From the IMG/VR virus record IMGVR_UViG_3300033145_001047, positions 1 to 64,000 of that record: 64,000 nt of DNA; one strand, 5' to 3'. This document shows, piece after piece, positions 1 to 9,900 of the stretch. Position 1 is the stretch's first letter. Every line of letters starts with the position of its first letter. Both the position numbers and the translations under genes were made by a program. The DNA comes from a virus. The notes below the pieces were generated by a model. It had not been told where the DNA came from. It worked only from the letters and a program-made list of their open reading frames with translations, and did not search any database.

Positions 1-95
1 TCCAGGTACTTGTTGTCGTCGTCGCCACCCACCAGGTTGAACGGCGGCTCGGCCAACTGTTCCCGCGTTATATACACGTCACCCACTTCGTCCAC
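1..95 (-). CDS. Partial CDS running off the window edge, possibly a head-tail connector/adaptor
   Basis: Manual translation (M)DEVGDVYITREQLAEPPFNLVGGDDDNKYL, downstream of a GGAGG RBS. The Y-x-T...DD-x-YL start resembles gp6/gp15-type connectors. Only about 30 codons are visible. Confidence 0.4.
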   Translation of the reverse strand, partial: MDEVGDVYITREQLAEPPFNLVGGDDDNKYL

Positions 96-102
96 CCCCC
101 TC

Positions 103-396
103 CTAGTAGTTCCTTACCTTCACGAAAATCATGCCTTCATATATGTGTCCCGAGCTGACCGTCGTCTTGAACTTCAACTTGTAGTCGTGGCCGTCCAGCC
201 CGGCGCACACCATGACGCTCACCCGGTCGCTCTCGATCACCGGGTTGAACACCGGCTCCAGTCCGCCGCTTTCCTCGGGGTCGACGGAGACCTGACAGCC
301 CTGACACGTCTGTCCCTCTTCGATATCCGGGGCCTCGAATATGAAGCCCAGGGCGTACTTCTCGTCCGGTCGTTTCGTGATTAGCGCCGTGCTCAT
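103..396 (-). CDS. Small virion-associated protein (fibre/tail adaptor-like)
   Basis: 97 aa beta-rich ORF (K-x-P-x-E N-terminus, G-x-x-Y-K-L-K-F-K-T-T-x-S-S-G C-terminus), coupled to the upstream repeat gene by an ATGA overlap. Confidence 0.6.
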   Translation of the reverse strand: MSTALITKRPDEKYALGFIFEAPDIEEGQTCQGCQVSVDPEESGGLEPVFNPVIESDRVSVMVCAGLDGHDYKLKFKTTVSSGHIYEGMIFVKVRNY

Positions 397-3300
397 ATTT
401 CCACCTCGTATATATCGCCCGACTGTCTCTTGTCCACCGTGAACATCCTCTTCCTCGGCGTCGCCCGGAAGAAGATACCATACAGGTCCAGGTACTCGGG
501 CACTATCACCGGGGCCTCGGTCACGCTCACGTCCTCAACGAACAGGGCCTCTATGCCGTAGTATACCGCAAGAGACTCCGTCACCGTTATGTCGTCACCT
601 ATGATGTATTCAATTAGTAGGTCGACCGTCGACGCCTCCGTGACTCCGACCTGTTCGTAAAGCAGCGGCAGCTCTACGATTATGTCGAGCATCTGGACGT
701 ATTCGGTCAACGCGACCGAGTCGAAGACGTCGATGTCCAGGCGTAGTATCAGGACCGCCAGGTACTCCTCGATCTCCACCCAGTCGATTATCGCGCCACC
801 GACCCCGACGTCGTCACCGACGTTGAAGCCGCCCTCGGTTATCACGACGTCCGACGCGACCACGCTCTCCGACACGAACAGCTCTATGACCGGGTCGAAG
901 GTCGTCGCGCTTTCCGTAACCGTCAACGACTCGAACACCGAGACGTTCAAGTCCGGGATGTATACAGCGAGGGCCTCGACGACCGCGACCGCGTCGAAGA
1001 TCGCCAGCTCGACAACGATGTCGTGGATAGTCGCGTACTCCGTGACGCCCACGATGTCGAACGCGAACAGCTCGACGATGATATCGTGGAACACCGCGTA
1101 CTCGGTGACCGTTATCTCGTCGAACACCGACAGGAACAGCTCGTCGATGGATAGAGTCGCGTCCTCCAGGGTCGTCACGGTGTCCACCGCCGGGCCTAGC
1201 TCGATCACCAGGTCGTTCAGTAGAGCGATATCGACAACCCCGACGGCGTCATATACCGAGACGTCCGGGAAGTAGTCTATGACCGAGACCTGGAGGTCCT
1301 CCTCCGCCGTGACGTCGTCAGAGACGGCCAGGTCGAGCGGATAGTCTATGGTCACGTCCTCGACGATAGTCACCGTGTCGCTGACGTCGAATATCAGCAC
1401 GACGTCCGCCGCGACCGTCTCGTCAACGACTATCAGCTCCCCGACGTCGACACCCTTCGCCACAATAACCTCGATGTCCTCCGCGACCGTCAGCTCCTCG
1501 GAGACGTCCACCCTCTTCGGTCCTCTCTGCACGTCTTCCGTTATCGTGATATCGTCGGAGACCGACGTCACGAGGTCCGCGACCACTGTCGCGTCCTCGA
1601 TCACCGTCGCGGTATCGTTGACGTCTATGGTCAGCTCAAGGTCCGGGACGATCACATCCAGGACGGTGACGTCCTCCGCTGCTTCCATATATAGGTGGTC
1701 GACCTGTGCAGCGAATACTTCCAGGATGCTCACGAAGTCGGGGACCACTCCGACCTCGATAATGAGGTCGTTTATCGCCGCGACCTCGGTGACCAGGAGG
1801 TCGTCCGCAGCATCCGCGAAAAGTTCGTCCAGGTACACGCTCACGTTCTCGACGACGGACACATCGTCGAAGGCCAGGGGTCTCCGCTTCGCCAGGAGAA
1901 TCTGGACCTCGTCCAGCTCGATGTCCAGAGAGTCGAGGGCATAGCCTCGGAACATCACCACCGCGTTGTTCACCCGCTTCCTGGTGTCAAGCTGTGCGGT
2001 GACATCGTATCCCATCGTGGTCAGCGTCGTGAAGTAGTTCCCGGAGTCGAAGGTTTCGAGCACGGTCTCCCCGTCGCCGTTGTTCAGAATCAGCTCGACG
2101 TATCCCGAAGTTATCGCGGCGTCGAACCTGAACCGAACGGTGACCGACGCGGAGACTATGAAGTCGTCATTCAGTTCCTCGGTGTCCTGTATCGCGGACC
2201 ACCGGACGTTCCCGTTCGACAGGTCGGTGTGGACTACCGCGACCTGGTCATTGTAGGCCATGTCCTCCGCGTTCTGCTTATCGGTGACCGGCCAGCTTGA
2301 GACGACCGTCGTCCCCCACAGGACCTCCCGCTGGTCGTCGTAGGTGACGGCGTCGATGTCTTCCACCAGAGTCGCTTCGTCGAAAACAGTGAACAACTCG
2401 ACGACGATGTCCAGGAGTTCGACATCCTCGACGACCGTGAGAGATTCCTCGACCGAGAGGTATATGGTGTCGAGCTGCGCGTCGGCCAGCTCGGTGACCG
2501 CCAGATCCTCCTGGGTCTCGACGGAAAGCGTGATATCCGGGACACTTGGAACGATGTCCTCGACAACAGTCACGCTATCATACACATCAGCGAACAGCCC
2601 GGGCAGATATGCCGCGACCCACTCCGCCAGGTATATGTACTCAGCGACCACCCCGACCTCAACAACGAGGTCAATAACGCTCGCTGACTCTGTCACCAGT
2701 ACGTAGTGGTCGTCGAAGCCGAAGACGTGCAGCACGTCGAGGTAGACGTCTATCCACTCTGACACAGCGACGGTGTCGAACTCAGAAACGTACAGGATGT
2801 CAGCAGCGAGAGAGACCCACTCGGCGACGGCTACCGCGTCGAAAACGTCTATGTCATAATCCTCGTACGCTAGTTCCACGTACTCGGCCACCGCAACGGT
2901 ATCGAACACGCTTGTGCTTGTCTCGACGTACAGGAGCACCGCTTCCGCCACCAGCGCCGAATCGAAGGCATCAACCTCCTGCTTTTTCAATATGACGACC
3001 CGCGCCTCGTCGATGTATGCCGTGAAGTCTGGCGCTGCATCCTTCGTCGCTGCTATCTGAACCTGTGCCGCGTTCAGTTTCGTCAGCGTATTCAGGAACG
3101 CCGTGACATCATACGAGACAGTGGCCACCGCCGCCGGTGGCTGATTCCCCGAGTCGAACAGCTCCAGGGATTGCCACCCCGCTCCGTCGTATACCAGCAA
3201 CTCCAGCGTGTCGTTCGTCAGGGGAGCGTCGACATAGAAGCGAACCTCCACGGTGACTTGGTCGACCAGGGCGATATCGACTATCTGAGTGTCCTGCATT

Positions 3301-3515
3301 GCGTCCCATGTCGCGGTCCCGGTCACGCTCGGGAACGAGGCGTACACGTCGTTGAACGCAAGGTCCACCGCGTCGGCGGGATTCGTCAGCACGACGGCCA
3401 CCGCCGTGATGTTCGTACCCCACAAGTGCTCGATACCCTCACGGTCGTAGAGGGCGTCCAGTTCTTGAGCCGCTTCTATAATGGACGCGGTATCAAATAC
3501 ACTCAGGTCAGGCAT
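393..3515 (-). CDS. 1040 aa acidic repeat protein, putative virion surface/fibre protein
   Basis: Roughly 21-23 aa V/D/E-rich repeats (VFD-x-V-x-V-x-E), plus two copies of a ~150 aa globular domain (LWGT...FDSGN...YDVTA). Confidence 0.8.
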   Translation of the reverse strand: MPDLSVFDTASIIEAAQELDALYDREGIEHLWGTNITAVAVVLTNPADAVDLAFNDVYASFPSVTGTATWDAMQDTQIVDIALVDQVTVEVRFYVDAPLTNDTLELLVYDGAGWQSLELFDSGNQPPAAVATVSYDVTAFLNTLTKLNAAQVQIAATKDAAPDFTAYIDEARVVILKKQEVDAFDSALVAEAVLLYVETSTSVFDTVAVAEYVELAYEDYDIDVFDAVAVAEWVSLAADILYVSEFDTVAVSEWIDVYLDVLHVFGFDDHYVLVTESASVIDLVVEVGVVAEYIYLAEWVAAYLPGLFADVYDSVTVVEDIVPSVPDITLSVETQEDLAVTELADAQLDTIYLSVEESLTVVEDVELLDIVVELFTVFDEATLVEDIDAVTYDDQREVLWGTTVVSSWPVTDKQNAEDMAYNDQVAVVHTDLSNGNVRWSAIQDTEELNDDFIVSASVTVRFRFDAAITSGYVELILNNGDGETVLETFDSGNYFTTLTTMGYDVTAQLDTRKRVNNAVVMFRGYALDSLDIELDEVQILLAKRRPLAFDDVSVVENVSVYLDELFADAADDLLVTEVAAINDLIIEVGVVPDFVSILEVFAAQVDHLYMEAAEDVTVLDVIVPDLELTIDVNDTATVIEDATVVADLVTSVSDDITITEDVQRGPKRVDVSEELTVAEDIEVIVAKGVDVGELIVVDETVAADVVLIFDVSDTVTIVEDVTIDYPLDLAVSDDVTAEEDLQVSVIDYFPDVSVYDAVGVVDIALLNDLVIELGPAVDTVTTLEDATLSIDELFLSVFDEITVTEYAVFHDIIVELFAFDIVGVTEYATIHDIVVELAIFDAVAVVEALAVYIPDLNVSVFESLTVTESATTFDPVIELFVSESVVASDVVITEGGFNVGDDVGVGGAIIDWVEIEEYLAVLILRLDIDVFDSVALTEYVQMLDIIVELPLLYEQVGVTEASTVDLLIEYIIGDDITVTESLAVYYGIEALFVEDVSVTEAPVIVPEYLDLYGIFFRATPRKRMFTVDKRQSGDIYEVEI

Positions 3516-3544
3516 CTATCCTCCGATATTAGATTGCTACCGCC

Positions 3545-3784
3545 TCAAAACGTGAGCTGCTTCACCGGACTCCCCTTCTTCACACCGTACGGATTCGCTT
3601 CGTGGTACGTGTCGAGCACAGCCTTCGTGACCGTCGTCGCGTACTCGGCGTCCTCGCCTTCCAGCCGGTCGACCTCGGCTTGCATCATGTCCTCATACTG
3701 CGGCACGTTCCCGAAGAACGCCGCACGAGCCAGCTCGTGCTTGCAGTTCCTATAATGGTCCTGTTCAGCCTTCGTCAGCGACAT
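3545..3784 (-). CDS. Hypothetical protein
   Basis: 79 aa ORF with RBS and phage-like codon usage, within the operon. Confidence 0.65.
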   Translation of the reverse strand: MSLTKAEQDHYRNCKHELARAAFFGNVPQYEDMMQAEVDRLEGEDAEYATTVTKAVLDTYHEANPYGVKKGSPVKQLTF

Positions 3785-3953
3785 GTTCTCCCTCCTTCGA
3801 TAAGTCTATCGTCTTATGGAAGCCGCACTCACACTGAATGCTGACCTTTCCACGATACTGCTCGTCGTCTATGAATCCCCATATCCCGCAGCCGGGACAC
3901 TTGAACTTCTTCCTCGGTTCCCCGTCAAGCGTCACGTCCTTCACTTCGTACAT
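3765..3953 (-). CDS. Small zinc-ribbon protein
   Basis: CPGC...CECG motifs in 62 aa. Confidence 0.65.
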   Translation of the reverse strand: MYEVKDVTLDGEPRKKFKCPGCGIWGFIDDEQYRGKVSIQCECGFHKTIDLSKEGEHVADEG

Positions 3954-3954
3954 G

Positions 3955-6900
3955 TTACCATCCCGAGACCTGGACTATCTGTACACCGCCCGGTCCTTCC
4001 GCCGCCTCGAAGTTCAGCGGCATGTCCGGCTCGAAGGATTCCGAAGTCGCCACGCTATCAGATACATCTATAATCATCTCCCTGTCCATGAATATCCACT
4101 CGACCGTCGTGACGGTTTCGGATACGCTTGGAACAAGAACGTCCGGGTACGCTTCCGCGAACTCCGCCACGAAGTTGTACTCAGCAACGATTCCGACCTC
4201 TATCACCAGGTCGACTACCTGAGCAACCTCGTTTATGACGATCATCATAGGCTGGACGACGAAGAAGTTCAGGACGTCCAGTCTCAGGTCGACCACCACA
4301 TCAGTCACAGCCACGTCGTCGAATACCGGCCCGAGTTCGATGGTGATGTCCACGACCTCGACGTCCTCGGTCACGGTGACGTCTTCCCCGGCCTGGAGGA
4401 ACAACTCGTCGAGCACCAGCCCCACGTTCTCCAGGACCTCCAGCGCCTCGAACGCCTCCAGTTCGACCGTGAGGTCCAGGAGTTCGACGTACTCGGAGAG
4501 GGTCACGACCTCGGTCACTATCCCCAGTTCGATAATCAGGTCGTGCATCACAGCCACGTCGGTCACGGCTATGATCTCGAAGTGCTCCGTGCACAGTTCC
4601 GGCAGCAGGACCGTCAGGTCCTCCACCACGGTGATGTCCTCGCTCAGGACCGGCAGCTCGATAATGATGTCCAGGAGATAGGTCCACTCGGTGACGGTCA
4701 GGGTGTCAGAGACCGATATGAAGAACTCACTCAGGGCCACGTTTGCGTTCTCGACGACCGTGAGGTCCTCGGATACCGACAGCTCCACTATGATGTCGTG
4801 CAACACCACGGCCTCTGTTGCAACGATATCGTCCCCCGCTGCAACGAACAGGGCGTCCAGTGAAACAGTTATGGTCTCCGTTGCAACAGCTTCGTCGGAA
4901 GCGGCAAGCTCCACCGTGATGTCCAACAGGTTCACCCACTCGACCACGGTCGATGTATCGAAGACGAACAGCTCGACGGTAATGTCCAGGAGGTTCGCCC
5001 ACTCCGTAACGGTCAGGGTCTCACTCTCTGAGACGTTCAGGAAGCCCAGGGAGACATCCGCCTGTTCGGTAACCGCGACCAGGTCCACCACCGGCCCGAG
5101 TTCGATCATGATGTCCGTCATGAGAACGACCTCGGCCACCGTCACCGTGTCGAATACGTTCAGGAACAACTCGTCCAGGTAGGCCGTCGCCTGTTCGGTC
5201 ACGGTCACAACATCGAAGACAACAGGGAGGTCGATCACTATATCGAGCAGAGACACCCACTCGACTATATTGAGAGCGTCGCTCACGTCTACGTTGAGCA
5301 CGTCCAGGCCCACCGTCACGTTCTCAGTGAGAGCGACCTCCTCCGTCGCCGGTCCCAGTTCGATCACGATGTCGGTCATTATCGCCACTTCCGCGATACT
5401 CACCTGGTCGCTGAGGGAGAGACTCAGCACGTCGAGGTAGGCTGTGACGTCCTCCGTCGTTGCTACCTCGTCGAATACCAGGGGCATCTCTATGACGATG
5501 TCGAGGAGCTGCACATCCTCGACCACCGCAATTATCTCCGAGACCTCCAAGTCTATGAACAGGTCGAGCAGGAAGACCCACTCGGCCACCGTTATCGTAT
5601 CGCTGACGTCGAGCCCTATCTCCAGGGTCCGCGTGAATACGGTCGAGGCTTCCTCCCAGTATATGAAGCAGCTATGACTCTCGTCCTCCGTCTTGCTGAC
5701 ATCACTCCGGGTCATGGTCGCGGTCGTCTCGGCCATAGCGAGAATCGGACCCAGGATGTGCCCGGTCTTGTGCAGTAGCCTCACGTAGAACTGATTATTG
5801 TCGTCACCGTGTGGCCTGTCCCATGCGAATACCAGGTAGTCTCCGAACGTACCTATGCCGGGATGTTCGCAGTCGGTGTTCGCGTCGAGAACTACCTCGG
5901 CACCCAGTCCGCCCACAGGCTCCCACTCCCTTGAGATACATGTCCCGTCACTCTTCACGTACACCATATCGACGTGACCGTTCACGTCGTCGAAGTTCAG
6001 CTCGAACTGGTGCGCCACCAATGACTGCGGGGATATTTTCAGCACCGCTATGTTCGTCGGCGAAGCGTCCCACGTTCCGTCGAACTCCTTGTACTGTAAC
6101 TGGGTCCCCTCGACATAGGCGCATACCACCTGGAAGTTCGTCGGCGGAGATAGCGGCAGCGAGTGCATGAGAGCGGAGAAGGACTCGCCCTCGTTGTTCG
6201 TGTCTCCGAGCGTCGCCGCCGAGTCCCACGACGTTATGTTCCCAGGGCCGGACCTCTTGACTACCGCGTACTGTTTCGCACCGTCCTTCTCAGTCGCCGA
6301 GGCCCAGTATCGGTTACTCTGTGTCCGGGAAATGTTCGGACGTGAGTACGTCTTCGACACGTCGGTCCATATTGTATTCGCGGCACTCCACGCGAAACTC
6401 GTGCTCGGGTAGCTTGTCGCTTCCCTTATGAGGACGTCGCCGCCTTGCGTGTATACGATCACGAGGGAGGACGCCTTCGCATATATCGAGAAGTCGTTGA
6501 GCACGTTCGAGTCACTGATTCTCGCCCCGGTGTTTTCCGCCCACGCATTGTCCGGGTCTGTCGTGTAGTCGACCTGTATGTATCCGCCGGTTCGGTTGAA
6601 CCACGCTCTCCAGTAGTACGTCCCGTCAAACCACGCGGCACTCTGACAACAGTAGGGTATCTCCCCGGAGTTCGTGGTCACGTCCTCGACCACGTCGGCC
6701 ACGCTGACGGTCTCGGCCACGACACCTATCTCGATCACCAGGTCGACGACGCTCACCGACTCAGTGACCAGGACATCGTCCCCGGCCACGATGTTCAGCG
6801 CCGAGAGGAACGCGGAGGCGCTCTCCGTCGTCGTGATCTCGTCATACACCGCCAGGTCGATCACTAGGTCGAGGAGCTGCACCCACTCCGCCACGCCGAC

Positions 6901-9900
6901 GTTGTCCGAGACCTCGGGCACCAGAACGTCGAGGAGCATGGTGACGTTTTCCGTCACCACCGCCAGGTCGACCGCCGGGCCGAGTTCCACTACGAGGTCA
7001 GTCATGAGAGCGACCTCGGCCACGCTAACGTCTTCACCGGCCTGGAGGTACAGCTCCGGCAGCGTGAGAGTCACGTTTTCGACAGCCGCGACGATATCGT
7101 ATACCACCGGCAGCTCTATAGTTATGTCAAGAAGTTCGACGTATTCGCTGTGAGCGACGTTTTCGGAAACAGCCACTACCAGCTCGGGCAGCAGGACCGT
7201 CGTCGCCTCAGCAGCCAGCACGTCGTCAGAGACAGCCAGAAACAAGGCGTCCGGTAGGAGTCCCACGTTCTCGACCGCGCCGACGACATCGGCCACCACC
7301 CCGAGTTCGATCACCAGGTCGTGAGTGACAACGACCTCGGTGACCAGCAGGTCCTCCCCCACGGAGACGTTCAGGAGGTCCAGGTTGAGGGTCAGCTCCT
7401 CCAGGACAGTGACCTCGTCATAACTCAGGGGCAACTCCAGGATTATGTCAAGCAGTTCCACGTACTCGGCGACAGTGCCCTCGTCGTAGACGGCCAGGTA
7501 CAGCTCGGTGATGGACAGCTCGACCGACTCGACCGCAGCAGCCAGGTCGAAGGCCGACAGCTCCACGGTGATATCGAGGAGATGGACCCACTCTGCAGCA
7601 GCAGCCACGTCGTACACCGACAGGTTCAGCACGTCCAGGCCGACGGTCGCGCTCTCCGTCACGCTGACCGGGTCCATGACCACACCGACCTCCACCACCA
7701 GGTCCACCACGGAAACGGACTCCGTTATCAGGACGTGGAATGGGTCGAGCACCAGGAAGTTCAGGACGTCGAGGTACTGGGTCATGCTCTCCGCAACGGT
7801 CGCCACATCGAAGGCCAGGAAGTTGAGCCCGAGGTCCTCCATTGTGACGTTCTCGACCACGCTGCTCGTGTCGAAGACGCTCGGCACCAGGGCGTCCAAG
7901 AGAGGGGTGACGTCCTCGGTGATCGTCGGTTCGTCGAACACCAAGAGGTTGAGCTGGTCCAGCGAGGACGTCACATCCTCCAGCACAGTCACCAGGTCCA
8001 CAGCCGGACCCACTTCGACCACCAGGTCGGTAAGGAGCGGTACCTCAGCGATAGAGACCGTGTCGAAGATATCGACATTCAACTCACCAAGAGACACGGC
8101 TGCGCTTTCAGTAGTCGTCACGTCGTCGTTGACATTGATATCCATACCCATGTAGGGCTCGATATTCTCTAGAACCGCCACCGCGTCGAAGACGACAGGA
8201 AGGTCTATCACGATGTCATGGAGCTGAACATTCTCTACGACACCGATGCTATCGAAGACGCTGACGCTCATCAAGACGTCGGTGCTTACTGATTCCGTTG
8301 TCGCCACGGCATCAAATACACTAGCGTATAGTTCGTCGAGTGAGACGGTAACCGATTCACTCACCGCTGACGTATCGGCTACAATCCCTATCTCTACCAT
8401 CAGGTCGACCACACTCACGGACTCGGTAATCGTCACCGTGTCGGATGTAGCCACCTGTAGTTCCCCCAGTAGCACCGTCACGCTTTCGGTTGCCGTCGCC
8501 TCGTCGTAGACAGAGAGGTGGATGGAGTCGAGGTATGCTGTGATGTTCTCTGATACAGACGCGAGGTCAACAGCCGGACCCAACTCGACGACCAGGTCGT
8601 TCAGGCCAGGCACGTCTACAACGCCCACCGCGTCGAAGGTGCCGATGTTCAGCACATCGACGGAGACCACGACGTTCTCCGTCACCGTCGCTGTATCGAA
8701 CACGCCGAGAGCCCCTTCCACGGTGAGCACGGTGTTCTCGACCACCACCACGGTATCGAACACCACCGGGAGGTCCACGACGATATCGAGGAGCTGGACG
8801 TTCTCTTCGACGCTTGCAATATCGAAGACGACGACATCCACAAGGACGTCGGCGCTCACGGTTTCCGTGATCGTCAGCTCCTCGCTTTCTTCTATATATA
8901 GGGCGTCGAGGGAAGTGGTCGCGGACTCCGTAACCCCCACGGTCTCGGCGACCACCCCGACCTCGACTACGATATCGACAACGCTGACGGACTCGGTGAT
9001 GGTCACCGTGTCGGAGACGTTGGCGTTCAGCGCGTCGATGGACAGCGTCACGTCTTCCAGGACGCCCGGCTCGTCGAACACGACCGGCACGCCCACCACC
9101 AGGTCGAGCAGCTCGACGTATTCGGTCACCGCTGCCGTGTCGTTCACGTCCAGGTTCAGGACATCGAGCACAGCCGTCAGGTCCTCAGTGACCGCGACCG
9201 CGCCGAACACCAGCGGCATCTCGACCGTGATGTCTACAACCTCCACATCCTCCGTGATGCTGACCGTGTCGCTCACGTCGACGCCGATAGAGAGGTCAAG
9301 GGCTACCGGGGTAGCGTCGTAGGCCTCTGTGGGTGGCGTGAAAGCTGCGGTCCACCTAGCAACCCCTTTAGAGATTCTGAGTTCGTCAACCCATCCGTCA
9401 AGGTAACTCACCGACGTCGCGCCGAATTCAAAACGACCCATGTAAATTCCAAAAGATTCGGCGCGGTTGTAGACTATTCCGGTCGCATCTTGTGTCGTAC
9501 CCACCTGCGTTCCGTCGACCCAGAACTGGACGTCATCCCCGCTGCGAGTAACCGCTACGTGATACCACGTTGCGGTCGATGGGCTAGGTGTCCACGATAC
9601 GCTCAGTGATTGCTGAGAGCCGCCGTCATAATGATCGAGTACTAGATTACCAGCGGTGCGGTCGTATAATAGACTCCATCCTGATTCCCTCGGGCCACTT
9701 CCTCTTACACCTCTACCTTCGCCTACCAGTCTATACTGAGTGGACGAAAACGAATTAAATCTAACGCAACATTCTAGCGTAAAATCATCTGTGCCGAGGT
9801 CCCAGTCAGCGTCGTCAGGACTCGTCAAGTAATCTCCGTTACCGTCAAGTATCAAACTCGACGGCCCAAACTTCTTTTGGGCCGTGTCGAGTTGTGCGTC

